Source: Felis catus
Taxonomy: Eukaryota
Direction: 5' to 3'
Length of the DNA: 64,000 bases
NCBI RefSeq assembly: GCF_018350175.1
Contig: NC_058382.1
Location: forward strand, 49,230,001-49,294,000
Made by a program: the position numbers and the translations under genes. Position 1 is the stretch's first letter; every line of letters starts with the position of its first letter. Shown piece after piece: positions 49,463 through 63,100 of this stretch. The notes beneath the pieces were generated by a model, which had not been told where the DNA came from, did not search any database, and was given only the letters and a program-made list of their open reading frames with translations.

Positions 49463-50770
49463 CTTTTTTTTTTTTAATTTTTTTTTTAACGTTTACTTAT
49501 TTTTGAGACAGAGAGAGACAAAGAATGAACGGGGAAGGGTCAGAGAGAGGGAGACACAGAATCTGAAACAGGCTCCAGGCTCTGAGCTGTCAGCACAGAG
49601 CCCGACGTGGGGCTCGAACTCACGGACCGCGAGATCATGACCTGAGCCGAAGTCGGCCGCTTAACCGACTGAGCCACCCAGGCGCCCCTGTATGTAAATT
49701 TCAAAGCAAAAAGAATGTATTCAACTCAGTGAATTTGCCTCCCAACCCGGGAGCTGGGACATTTTAAAACACCTGCACGTACCTCTGTACTCCAAAACTT
49801 CCATCTCTCTGCCTCTCCCCAAGAGGTAATCACGGTGCTGGCTTTTGTGCTTATCCTTCCGTTGCTTTTTATTTTTAATATTTTTATCACGGCTGGGGCA
49901 CCTAGGTGGCTCAGTCGGTTAACCGTCTGACTTCAATTCAGGTCATGATCTTGTGGTTCGTGAGTTCGAGCCCCACATAGGGCTCTGCACTGACAGTGTG
50001 GAGCCTGCTTAGGATTCTCTCTCTCCCTCTCTCTGCCCCTTCCTCACTCTCGCTGTCAAAATAAATAAATGAACTTAAAAAATATTTTAAAAATATTTTT
50101 ATCACATCTGTGTATATGCTTATACAATATATTATTTAGATTAGCTTAGAGTTTTATGAAAATCACATGATACTGTATTTTACTTTATGTGGCCTTGCAT
50201 GTTTGACTCAATATCATTTTAAGATTTATCCATGTTGGCGGCACCTGGGTGGCTCAGTCGGTTGAGTGTCCAACTTCAGCTTAGGTCATGATCTCATGGT
50301 TCGTGAGTTCGAGCCCCACGTCGGGCTCTGTGCTGACAGCTCAGAGCCTGGAACCTGCTTCAGATTCTCTGTCTCCCTCTCTCTGACCCTCCCCTGTTCA
50401 TGCTCTGTCTCTCTCTGTCTCTCAAAAATGAATAAATTTAAACAAATAAAAAAAAAAGATTTATCCATGTTGTTGAGGGTCACTGTAGTTCACCAGTTTT
50501 TCAGAGCAGCGTCATATTCCACTATATGAATTTATTTACCCATTTTCTTTACTTGAGTTTTTTTCTTTTTTCTTTTCTATTATGAGCATTCTTAAAAAAA
50601 ATTTTTTTTTACATTTATTTATTTTTTCAGAGACTTAGACAGAGCACAAGTTGGGGAGGGGCAATGAATCTACTCCTGAAATCATTGTTGCACTATATGC
50701 TAACTAACTTGGATGTAAGTTAAAAAAATAAATTCAATTAAAATATATATATGCATATATATATATAATA

Positions 50771-50812
<42 letters not shown>

Positions 50813-51661
50813 CTTATTATTAGTTGCAAAAAAATGCAAAGTTGTGACACCTTCCCTGTGAATTTAACCTTTTATCATTACAGAGTAAATCTGTTCATCT
50901 CTTTTAATGATTTCTGCTTTTCTGTCTATTTAGTATTCCTAAACCAGCTGTATTTTGGCAAGCACAAGTCTAGAATATATTTGTTCGTGCTCTTTTTTTT
51001 TTTTTTTTACTTTTACTTTTTCCATAATCATATGTTTAGCTTTCTCTCTTGTAATCAGTGAACAGTGCGTTTTTAAAACGTTTTTGACTGACAGCTTTTG
51101 TCTTTTAAAGATTGGGAAGCTTAAAAAAATTATTGCAAAGGAAAAGTTGAATTCAGCTTTCCCTTAGGTCAGCAGCCCCTTCCGGACTGCCTTATTTCTT
51201 CTTATTAACCACTGAGCCACCCAAGATCATGATATTACCGCTCACTTGGCCCCAACATCCAAAACCTTAGAGTCACCCAACACCTATGCCACACCCTCCT
51301 CCTTTAAAAGGCATCTCCTATATTTCCTTTTCCTTTTATTTTTTTTTAAAGTTCGTTTATTTTATTCAAGTAATCTCTATACCCAATGTGGGGTTCGAAG
51401 TCATGACCCTGAGATCAAGAGTTGCTCACAGCTCCAACTGAGCCAGCCAGGTGCCTCTCACTTCCTTTTCATTTTAGAAATGTTAAAGTTAAGGGGCACC
51501 TGAGTGCCTCAGTCGATTAAGCATCCAACTTCGGCTCAGCTCATAATCTCATGGTTTGTGAGTTCAAGCCACGCATCGGGCTCCGTGATGACAGCTCAGA
51601 GCCTGGAGCCTGCTTTGGATTCTGTGTCTCCCTCTCTCTCTCTGCCCCTCTGCCGCTCATA

Positions 51662-51694
<33 letters not shown>

Positions 51695-51720
51695 AAAAAT
51701 AAACATTAAAACATTTTTTT
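49463..51720. mobile_element. Upstream Can-SINE cluster: 49463-49688 (-), 49895-50085 (+), 50237-50457 (+), 50600-50663 (-, fragment), 51335-51457 (-), 51493-51720 (+); short L1 3' end at 50664-50742 and (TA)n at 50743-50809
   Basis: SINE consensus with TSDs (e.g. gtatg(c/t)aaatttc; aagatttatccatgttg; agaaatgttaaagttaa). Confidence 0.85.
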
Positions 51721-53019
51721 AAATGGGTAAACACTTAAAAATTTTTAAAAAGCAAAGAAATGTTAAAGTTAAAAGTGGCCCAAGAGAAGGACCATGGCTC
51801 AATCTTAATTCTTTGGTAGATGAGGAAAATGAGACCCCAAATCACACTGCTAATGAGGAGTACAGCTAGAAGCCGAGTTCTCTTTCGCTTTAAGGTTAAA
51901 TGCTCATTCTTCCATTGCCACTAGACACGAGCAGCTCAAGGCCCCGTCTCGCCTACGTGGTTGTTGCTTTGCTCCGAACAGAGCTTCTGACGCTGGAGGC
52001 GCATAGTAAATATTTGCCGAAACTGAACTTCACTCTCTAACTCAGATTCTCCCCTCACGCTGACTCCTGCAATGGCTCTGACAGTCTCTTTTCCTCCAAG
52101 CCCCAGCCCTTCCAGTCCACCTTCAACACCACGAAGAACGGACATTTCATTCAGTGCATGGCATCGCCCTGCTCAGAACCTGCCAGAGGTTCCCTCTGGC
52201 AAACACCGTGAGATTCGAATTCGACCTGGGATGTAATCCCGTACCTCCTCAAACTCGCCTCCCTCTCCTTCAGAGGGAGAGATCCTTCTATCTCTCCCGC
52301 TGGCTGGCCTGACCCCGCCATTCCAGGACCACCTCTCCAGAGAGTATTCTCAGCATACAGCGTCCTGTGCTGTTACCCAGTCCCTACCTAGACTGGTCCC
52401 TAAGGAGAAGCGCTGGAGGCAGGGAATGTTTCTCGTGTTGGTTTGAGTCTCCAGCGCTTAGCACACAGGACAAACCCAATATCTGCTAATAATTATACCA
52501 GTAAACATAAACACACATTTGCCTCTAGCATACGTGTGCACACAGAAAACATACAGTTGCATACCCCTTTTAAGCACTCATCTGAATACTAAACATTTTG
52601 CCGCTGTTGGGCTATCTGAAGGTACTATCTTTTTATCCCACGGGTCATGGAATATGGGCCTCATTCACTGTGGGACAAACCCTAGGTTTTTCATTGGCTG
52701 ATTGTTTGGTTTGCTAAAAGGCAGCGTTGTGTGAGACGAAGCACTGAGTTTGGGTGTTTTTTTGTTTTGTTTTAGTTTTATTGAGATATAATTGATACAC
52801 AGCTCTGTGTGAGTTTAAGGTGTGTGATCTCACTCATGTATAGAATCCAAAAAAGCGCCCAAACGTAGAAGGAAAAAACCAAAACAAAACAGATCACAGT
52901 TACCAGAGATGGAACCATTGATTTGTGACTCAGAAGCCCCGAATCTACTTTGGGTCCGGACACTGGCCCCAGTGACTTTAGCAAGTTTCTTAAGCTACTG
53001 AAGGCTGATTTCTTTCACT

Positions 53020-53500
53020 TTTTTAAAAATTGAATCAGAGTTCACATGACATAAAATGTATCATTTAAACTGTTTTAACACGTACAATTCAGTGGCATTT
53101 AGTTCACAATGTTGTACAACCATCACCTCGACCCAAGCATTTTCATCACCCCAAAAGGAAACCCCGTGCCCGTTAGCAGTCACCCCCCCATTTCCTTCTG
53201 CCCCCAGCCCCACCCTAGGCCCTGGCTACCAGTAATCTGCCCTCTCTGTGGATTGGCCTATTCTGGATATTTAACATAAATGGAATCGTACAATATATTT
53301 GTGTCTGCTTACTTGTACTTAGCGTCAGTTTTTCGAGGTTCATCCGTGTTGTAGCACGTATCGGCACTTGATTCCCTTTTCAGGCTGAACAACATTCCCG
53401 CACTGTATGGACAGACCACACTTTGTTGATCCATTCGCCAGTTGAATGACGTCTGCAGTGTTTCCACCTTTTGACTCTTGTGAATGGTGCTATGAATACT
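53020..53500 (-). mobile_element. L1MB-like 3' fragment
   Basis: cgtacaattcagtggcatttagt...ttcatcaccccaaaaggaaaccccgtgcccgttagcagtcac...ggattggcctattctggatattt. Confidence 0.75.
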
Positions 53501-54242
53501 TCGCTTCTTTTTGTGTAAAACTGCGATTTAATAGGCCCCCTGGCCTGGCTGCCTTAAAGGCTGGGTGAAACCCAGAGGAGAGCACATAAAAAACATTTCA
53601 CGAGCTGCCGCCCCATGCACGTGTGTGGTGGGGTGCTGGTGGTAGACTATTACGGTTATGCTTCTCGGCTGATTTACCCGCTATGGCCTCCGCCCTTTCT
53701 CAGTGCCAGCTTGTCATCCAATGCCAGCTCCCGGCCTGGCAGAGACCAGCTGCTCACAGCTGAACCTAGACATCCATTCTTGGCCATTTCAGGTAAAGCA
53801 ATCAGGGCAAAAGGTGCCAATTAACTACGAGGACAATAGCGTGCTTTGGGGTTCTGAGTCATAATCTGGCCTTGCTGCTGTTGGGCCTGAGTTACTTGTG
53901 GGTAACTGGAATGAGCACCAAACAAATCCGCTGGGTGGGGTGCCTCTAGACCGGTAGGGTAGGCAGTGAGTGATTGGGGTTAGTGAGAAACTCTTTTAGT
54001 GGCTCTATGCTAGACAAGACTCCCGTGCAGAGGGTGACCTTCACTTCCTCCCTGTTGGCCAAAGCCCACTCTCTAGTTATCCAGGACACCAAAGAAAGGA
54101 AAGCTATCCATATGCCCCAACAGGGGAAAAAGAACATGAAGCTATAGAGTATTTGTAAAGCAACTCATTAAAAAAAAATGTCTAAATTGCTATGATGTTG
54201 AGTACAAAAAACAGAATATATGCATTAAGAAATGATACTTTA

Positions 54243-55085
54243 ACATGAAGAGACACTTCTCCAAAGAAGACATCCAGATGGCCAACCGACACATGAGAAA
54301 ATGCTCAACATCACTCATCATCAGGGAAATACAAATCGAAACCACCACGAGATATCACCTCACCCCTGTCAGAATGGCTAACGTGAACAACTCAGGCAAC
54401 CACAGATGTTGGCGAGGATGCGGAGAGAGAGGATCTCTTTTGCACTGCTGGTGGGAACGCAAGCTGGTGCAGCCACTCTGGAAAACAGTATGGAGGTTCC
54501 TCAAAAAACTAAAAACAGAACTACCCTACGACCCAGCAAGTGCACTACTAGGTATTCATCCAAGGGATACAGGTGTGCTGTTTTGAAGGGACACATGCAC
54601 CCCCATGTTTATAGCAGCACTATCGACAATAGCCAAGTATGGAAAGAGTCCAAGTGTCCATCAACGGATGAATGGATAAAGAAGATGTGGTATATATATG
54701 CAATGGAGTATTACTCAGCAATCAAAAAGAATGAAATCTTGTCATTTGCAACTACGTGGATGGAACTAGAGGGTATTATGCCAAACGAAATTAGTCAGAG
54801 AAAGACAACTATCATAGGACTTCACTCACATGAGGACTTCAAGACACAAAACAGATGAACATAACGAAAGGGAAGCAAAAATCATATAAAAACAGGGAGA
54901 GGGACAAAACATAAGAGACTCTTAAATATGGAGAACAGAGGGTTGCTGGAAGGGTTGTGGGAGGGGGGATGGGCTACATGGGTAAGGGGCATTAGGGAAT
55001 CTACTCCTGAAATCACTGTTGCACTATATGCTAAATAACTTGGATGTAAATTAAAAAAATAAAATAATTCACTGAGAAAAAAAAA
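54243..55085 (+). mobile_element. 5'-truncated carnivore/feline L1 (ORF2 C-terminal Cys-rich region, 3'UTR, poly(A))
   Basis: Translates [43 protein letters not shown]...[17 protein letters not shown] and KCPSTDEWIKKMWYIYAMEYYSAIKKNEI, with stop/frameshift. TSD AAGAAATGATACTTTA at 54227-54242 and 55086-55101. Confidence 0.93.
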
Positions 55086-55103
55086 AAGAAATGATACTTT
55101 AGA

Positions 55104-55264
55104 GGGGCACCTGGGTGGCTCAGTCAGCTGAGCATCCAACTTCAGCTCAGGTCATGATCTCATGGTTCCTGAGTTCAAGCCCTGCATCGGGCTCTGCCCT
55201 GACAAGTCACAGCCTTGAGCCTGCTTCGGATTCTGTATCTCTGTCTCTCTCTGCCCTCCCCTGC

Positions 55265-55315
<51 letters not shown>

Positions 55316-55332
55316 AATAAACATAAAAAAAA
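55104..55332 (+). mobile_element. Can-SINE directly behind the L1
   Basis: ggggcacctgggtggctcagtcag...; TSD AAGAAATGATA(C/G)TTTAGA at 55086-55103 and 55333-55350. Confidence 0.92.
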
Positions 55333-55799
55333 AAGAAATGATAGTTTAGAAAATTAATTAGAAAAAGCCTCCAGGCAGTGGGTGCTCAGGTGACTTAGAA
55401 CAGAGAAGTCTGGAATTGGTGCAAATTATTCTATCCACCCAAGGTTTTTGCTTGGGGGTCGGGGCCCCATCTGATTTTTTTGTGTGTGACATTTATACAC
55501 TTGCTGGGACACAGTGTGTGAGGTTGGAGTTTTCCTCCTTGGTCAACAGATGAGAGCACCATCCTGCCGACCTCCATGTTCTTACACCCACCACCCCCCG
55601 CCCAGATCAAAGATGAAAAGGGTGCAAGGGAAGTGAGAGCCGCGGGTCTCGGGTCCTTGTAGAGGATTGGGAGCCTCTGTTCTCTCACTTTCTGCAGACC
55701 AACTTTGGCCCCAATGTGTTGATGTATGTGCACAACCATCTTAATGATGGCAGCTCTTATTCTGTTCTCGCTCTTTGGCTTGAACTCCTTGTGGATTCC

Positions 55800-56300
55800 A
55801 GCCCCTTCTCTGACACTCACTTTCTGAATGTTTATCAGCCTCTTTGATGGCCCCTCCTTTTTTTCCCCCATCACCAGCATATTTTCTTTTTCCCACTGCC
55901 CCTGAGATGGAGCTATTCACAAGGTCAGCTTCAAGTCTCCATTTTCCCCTCTGTACTTTTCCCTTGGTGACTGTATCTACTACTTTGACTTCGACAACCA
56001 TCTCTTGTTGTTGAATTTTAAATCCATAGCTCCATCCCTGACCCTCTCTCAAATCCAGAGAGGTATTTCTGATGACACCTGAGCCTCCTGCAAGCCCCAC
56101 ATGCTAAACCCAAACCGATTATCTTGCCCCTAAAACCAGCCTCTCCTGTTTCTGCAATGGCATCATGAAACTTTCAATACTCAGTGACGGACCTCAGCAT
56201 CCCCATTTAGTGCTGGTCTCCCACACCATCCAAACCAACCAGCAGCTGAATTGTGTCCAGTCTACCTCTGAGATGTCTCTTATCTTCACCTCACCTTCAC
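55800..56300 (+). mobile_element. L2 remnant
   Basis: ctctgtacttttcccttggtga...ctccatccctgaccctctctc...tctacctctgagatgtctct. Confidence 0.5.
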
Positions 56301-57069
56301 CGTCAGGATACAGATCCTTACGTCAATCACGAGGACCAAGGAAGCTCACATTACTTCATTCAATAAAGGCTGTTGGGATAACAAGTCAATTACTAAGGCA
56401 AACGAAAGTCTGTGAGTCAATTTGGAGAGTAGGAAGCAAACATATTAAAGGAGCGTGTTAGAGCTGCCTGGATTGGCTCAATGTCCACTTGAGAAAGTTG
56501 GAAAAATATGCACCGAGAGGTTTTTGGAAATTACTTCCCATTTGCATGTTTATATTTCCTGTCTTTTCTCCCCCCTGAAATGAACATGTGTGAAAAAGGG
56601 ATGAGGAAAAAAAACCTTATTGAGATTAACATTTGTTTATATGGGTAGTACACAAATGTGCTATTACCATACAAAAGTTTTATAAGGAAAAAAATTGGAT
56701 CAAGGGCTGGGGGTGAGGGAAAGAATGGACCATAAAATTGCATGAAGAACCTTTTTTGAGGGCAATGGAAACATTCTAAGTCTTGATTTTGGTGGTGGTA
56801 ACAAGACTATATTTGTCAAAACTCAGAACTGCATGTCTAATAGGGGTGAATTTTACTATATGTAAATTATACCCCAATAAACCTGACTTTAAGAAAAGAG
56901 TTATGTAATATAGAAATTTATAGAGTGAGTCAGGCAAGCCTTCTTTCAGTTATCATCCCCCCGGCCCAAACCCCCAGTTCTACTTCCTGGTCAAGAGGTA
57001 GCCGATATCCAGTTTAGCTTATTTCCTTCCGTTCTCTCCCCACCCCCACTTCTGCTCCTCATACACACT

Positions 57070-58288
57070 TTTTTTGAAATTTACATAACATTGTATTCGT
57101 TTCAGGCACCCGTCTTAATGGTTTGACATATGCATATGTTGTGACACCATCACCACTCTAAGTTTAGTTAATATCCATCGCTGAATGTAATTACATTTTT
57201 CCTTGTGATAAGAACTTTCAAGATCTATTCTCTTAGCAAATTTCAAATATACAGTACAATATGGGGGTGCCTGGGTGGCTCAGTTGGTTAAGCATCTGAC
57301 TTCAGCTCAGGTCACCATCTCTCAGTTCATGAGTTCAAGCCCTGCGTAGGGCTCTGCACTGACAGCTCAGAGCCTGGAGCTTGCTTCAGATTCTGTGTCT
57401 CCCTCTCTTTGCCCCTCCCCTGCTCACATTCTCTCTCTCTCTCTTTCAAAAATACACATTAAAAACATTTTTTTTACAGGACAGTGTGTTAGCTATAGTC
57501 ACCATACTTTACATTACATCCCCAGGATTTTTTTTAATGCTAATTCCTTCATTTCTTGGGTACATTTTATTTACTTATTTATTTTGAGAGAGAGAGAGTG
57601 TATGTGAACAGGGGTGGGGCAGAGAGAGGAAGAGAGAGAATCTCAAGCAGGATCCTCGCTGTGAGCACAAAGCCCAACTTGGAGCTCAAACTCATGAACT
57701 GTGAGATCATGACCTGAGCCGAAATCAAGAATCAGTTGCTTAACCAACTGAGCCACCCAGGCACCCCCGCAGGACTTTTAAAAAAATCTTATAACTGGAA
57801 ATTTGTACCTTTTAACCATCTTTACCCACTTCACACACTCTCCTCCTCCTGCCTCTAGTAGCCACTGAACTGTTCTCTGTATCCGTAAGTTTGTTTGTTT
57901 GTTTGTTTGTTTGTTCTTTAGATTCCACATATAAGTGAGACCATACAATATTTGGCTTTCTCTATTTCTTTTTTTTAATGTTTATTTATTTTTGAGAGAG
58001 AGGGAGGGAGAGAGATAGCCTGAGCAGGGAGGGGCAGAGAGAGAGGGACAGAGGATCTGAAGCAGGCTCTGCACTGACAGCAGAGAGCCTGATGTGGGGT
58101 TCGAACCCACAAACCACAAGATCATGACCTGAGCCAAGGTTGGACGCTTAATGGACTGAGCCACCCAGGCACCCCAGCTTTCTTTATTTCACTTAGCACA
58201 ATGCCTTCAGGGTACATCCATGTTGTCACAAACAGCAGAACTTTCTCCTTTTATATGACTTAATATTTCATTTTGTGTACACATGTAT

Positions 58289-58333
<45 letters not shown>

Positions 58334-59851
58334 ACATTTTCTTTATCCAGTCACCCATTGATGGACATATAGGTTGTTTCCATATAGACACCTATATCAC
58401 AATGTAGCTTAGAAATGGGGTGCCTGGCTCAAAGTACATAACACCCTTGATCTCGGGGGCATGAGTCTGAGCCCCATGTTGGGTGTAGAGATTACTTAAC
58501 TAAATAAATAAACTTAAACAAAAAATCAAAACAAAACAGTCTAGCTTAGAAATCACTCCATATTAAGTCAAGGAGATTCTCCTCATTTTCTCTTCTAGTT
58601 TCCTAGTGTTTCACAAGGTGGATATAACACAGTTTTATTAAAACAGCCTCCTTTGTGTAGAAGTACATTTAGATTATTGCCCGTATTTTGCAATTACAAA
58701 TTATTCCAGAACGAGTAGTCGTATACATATTATTTTTATATGGCTTAGATGAATATTTCCAGGGTGAATTCCTAAGAATGAAATTGCTGCGTTTGGGGGT
58801 AAGTGCATTTATAGTTTTGTTAGATGGGCCCAAACCCCGTTCCACAGAGGAAACACCCCGTTGCTCTCCTACTAGTAGCACATGAGAGTCAACAGTGTGT
58901 CGTCAAACTTTACAATGCTTGCCCATCCGATAGGGAAGAAATTGTGTAGTCGATTTGCATTTCCCTTATTAAGAATTGGAGTTATCTTTTAAAAAGCCTT
59001 TCTGGGGGCGCCTGGGTGGCTCAGTGGGTTGAGCGTCCGACTTCGGCTCAGGTCACGATCTCGCGGTCCGTGAGTTCAAGCCCCGCGTCGGGCTCTGTGC
59101 TGTCTCTGTCTCAAGATAAATAAACATTAAAAAAAATTAAAAATAAAATAAAATAAAAAGCCTTTCTGATGCAAGTCTCCTCCCACTTAAATACTCCCTA
59201 CATACTGACTATTGCCAAGTTAAAAATATTTGAGCGTGTTGCTAAAGCTTTGCTGACTGTAACGTACACTCCCTCTAGTATACAGTGTTATCTGCCCCCT
59301 GTCTCAATCCACTTTCCAACTGCACCTCCAATTCTTGTCCACATATCAGAAGAGCAGACCGGATTCATTAGCGCTAAATACACTCTTTTTTTTTTTTTTT
59401 TTTTTTTTTTGCCTCTGAGGCTTTTCTCACTGTGGTAGTGCCCTCTTTTGGGGATGACAGTTATTCTCTTCCCAGGAATTGATATTTGTCTCTATCTCAG
59501 GGCCCAGCTTAACTATCTACCCTAACTTCCCTCATTCATATTTGTCGTATCTGTCCATCAGTCATCCCCCTTACCAGACTGTAGATTTTATACCAATGAC
59601 TTTCTCTACAGGAAGAGGGGAAATACTGAATCACCAGAGAAGGATTTTTCCTTTGTTTTTCTTTTAGAGCACGAGGTGGGGGGAGGATGAGACGGAGAGG
59701 GAGAGGGAGAGAGAGAGAGAGAAAGAGGGAATCTTAAGCAGGCTCCTTTCTCAGCACAGCGCCCAACGTGGACTGGATCCAGCCCCTGAGATCATGATAT
59801 GAGCCAAAATCAAGAGTTGGATGCTCAACTGACAGAGCCACCCAGGCGCCC
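57070..59851. mobile_element. Antisense L1 3' fragments interleaved with Can-SINEs (57263+, 57565-, 57965-, 58417+, 59004+, 59645-) and (CA)n at 58294-58331
   Basis: L1 text (gatctattctcttagcaaatttcaaatatacag; tagattccacatataagtgagaccatacaatattt) broken by SINEs with TSDs. Confidence 0.75.
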
Positions 59852-60119
59852 TGAGGATTTTTCTTTTAGCAAACATACTCTTATGTTCAGCTCATCACAC
59901 AATTATTACATGTATGAAAAGTTCTAGAGAAATTTGTCATGTTCTAGGGGGATTTGGATACAGTGGTGAAGAAATCAGGTAAGTTCTCTCTCTGAAGGAG
60001 CTGACATTCTGGGGGAGACCATTAATTTAAAAAAATCAGTAAATAAACAGGAAGTCAAAAAGTGAAAATTACCAATCAGAGAATTTAAAGCAGGGTGACG
60101 TGAAGATTTCCTCTTCCAT

Positions 60120-63100
60120 TAAAGATGGAATAAATCAATGAAACCAAAATTGGTTATTTGGGAAGATCATCAAGATGGATAAAATTCCAGACAGATTGAT
60201 AAAGAAAAGAAAAGAAGACATAAGTTAACAATGTCAGGAATATTGGGGCATCTGGTATGAAGACGGACGGTGACAATGGCTGCACAACATTAGGAGTGTA
60301 TTTAATACTACTAAACTGTATACTCCAAAATGGTTAAGACGAGTGGACACCCGGGTGGCTCAGTCAGTTGAGTGTCCGACTTCATCTCAGGTCTGATCTC
60401 ACCGTTCGTGGGTTCAAGCCCTATGTCGGGCTCTGTGCTGACAGCTCAGAGCCTGGAGCCTGCTTCAGGTTCGGTGTCTCCCTCTCTCTGCCCCTTCCCT
60501 GCTTGCACTCTGTGTGTGTGTCTCTCTCTCAAAAATAAATAAACATTAAAATTTTTTTTAACAATATCAGGAATGAGAGAGGTGAAACCTTCAGCTATTA
60601 AAAACTTAATAAGGGTATATTACAAACAATTTTTTCTCTAATAAATTTGACAATTTAGATGAAATGAACTAATTCCTTGAAAGACACAAACTACCAAAAC
60701 TCATTGAAGAAGAAATAGATCACCTAACTAGCCCTATAACTATTAACTAAAGTGAAATTATAGTTTAAAATTTCTCACAAAAGGGGCACCTGGGTGGCTT
60801 AGTCAGTTAAGTGTCCAACTTCGGCTCAGGTCATGATCTCACGGTTTGTGATTTCGAGCCCCGTTTCAGGCTCTGTGCTGACAGCTCAGAACCTGGACCA
60901 TGCTTGGGATTCTAGGTCTCCCTCTCTCTCTGACCCTACCCCATTCTCTCTCTCTCTCTCTCAAAAATAAATAAACATTAAAACGTTTTTTAAAACTTTC
61001 TCACAAAGGAAATTTTAGACCTATATGACTTCACTGGTTAATTCTACCAAACATTGTCTTCACTGATCATTTTACTAAACATTTAAGGAAAAAATAATAC
61101 CAACTCCATGCAAACTCATTCAAAACTTGAAGAGGCAATACATTAACTTATATTTTGAGGCCAACATTACTCTAATACCAAAACTGGATTTTAAAATTAC
61201 AAGCAAGTAAAACCACAGACCAGCATCACTCATTAACATCATTGCAAAAATTCTTCACAAAACTTAAGCAAATTGAACACAACAATACATTAAATAGATA
61301 ATACATCGTGACCAAATGGGGTCCATCAGGAATTCAAGCTTGGTTTAACATTAGTAACTCCGTCAATAATATCATCTTATTAACAAGATGAAAAATGCAA
61401 AAGCATATGATCATCTCAGTAAATGCAGAAAAACATCTGACAAAATCCAATATTCATTTCTCATTTTTCAATTTTTAAAATTGTAGTAAAATGCACAAAC
61501 ATTAAAATTTACCATCTTAATCATTTTTTAAAAAATGTTTCCTGGGGTACCTGGGTGGCTCAGTCAGTTAAAGTGTCCAACGCTTGGTTTCGGCTCAGGT
61601 CATGATCTCACAATTTGTGAGTTTGAGCCCCACATCGGGCCCTGCACTGACAGTGCGGCGCCTGCTTGGGATTTTCTGTCTCCCCCCTCTCTCTTCCCTT
61701 TCCCTGCTCTCTCTCCTTCAAAAAGAAATAAACATTAAAAAAATTTTTTAAAATGTTTACTTATTTTTGAAATAGAGAGTGCCGGCAGGGAAAGGGCAGA
61801 GAGAGAAGAGGACAGAGGATCCCAAGCGGGCTCTGTGCGGACAGCAGCGAGCCAGATGCTGGGCTTGAACTCACAAACCGTGAGATCATGGCCTGAGCCA
61901 AAGTCAGACGCTGAACCAACTGAGCCACCTGGGTGCCCCCTCATCTTAAGCATTTTGAAGTGTACGGTTTAGTAGTATTAAATACACTCATGATGTTGTG
62001 CATCCATTGTCACCGTCCATCTTCATACCTCTTTTTGTCTTGCAAAACTGGAACTCTATACCCGGTAAACAATAACTCCCCATTCCTCCCCGCCCCTAGC
62101 CCCACACAACGACTATTACACTTCCTGTCTATGATTTTGACTACTCTTTTAAGTACCTCAAGTTTCATCCATGTTGTAGCATATGTCAGAATTCCCTTCC
62201 TTTTTAAGGCTGGATAATATTCCCTTGTGTGTACTACATTTTCCTTATCAATTCCTCTGTTGACCGATACCCATTTCTATCATCCTGTCATATCCCTTCT
62301 TCAAAGGAAGACTAGAAGGCAACATCCTCAGTCTCCTAACGGGTATCTTTGAAAATCCTACAACTAATACAAAACTTAACGGCAAAAAAATGGATACTTT
62401 CTCCAAATATCAGTATGAATGCAAGGATTCTACTCTTACCACCTTTATTCAACATTATACTAAAGGTTAGAGCCAGAGCAATTGACAATAAAAGGAAATG
62501 AAAGGTTTCCAGATTGGAGAGGAAGTCAAATTGTCCTTATTGAGAGATTACATGACTAAAATCCAATGGAAGCTACAAAAAAGCAACTAGAAGTATTATA
62601 TGAGTTCAGCAAGGTTACAAGGTATAAGGTTAATTTACAGAAATCAATTATATTTCCGTATACTGGTAACAAACTGGGTTTGAAATTAAAAAGCAATACT
62701 GTTTACAAGGCATTTAAAAACATGAAATAATTAGGAATACATTTGACAAAAGATGTGTGAAACCTGAATCAGGAGAACTACAAAACATTGCGAGAGAAAT
62801 TAATGAAGAACTAAATAAAAGGAGACATACTATGTTCAAGAATTGGAATGCTTAATATTGTTAAGATGTTACTTCTTCCTAAATTGATCTACAGATTGAA
62901 TGCAATTCTACTAAAAATCCAGCAGAGTATTTTTATAGAAATCAACAAACAGTTTCTAAAATTCAGTGGAAACCCAAAGGACCTAGAATAGAAAAAATAA
63001 ATTAGAAAAAGAACAATCTGGGGGACTTAAACTACCTGATTTCAAGACTTATTATAAAGGTACAGTAATTGAGGCAGCATGCATAGTGGGGATAAAAAAA

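Noticed and set aside
54245..54858. ORFs with a Cys-rich motif
   Set aside because: Disrupted C-terminus of L1 ORF2 in a 5'-truncated copy; not a host gene and not autonomous.
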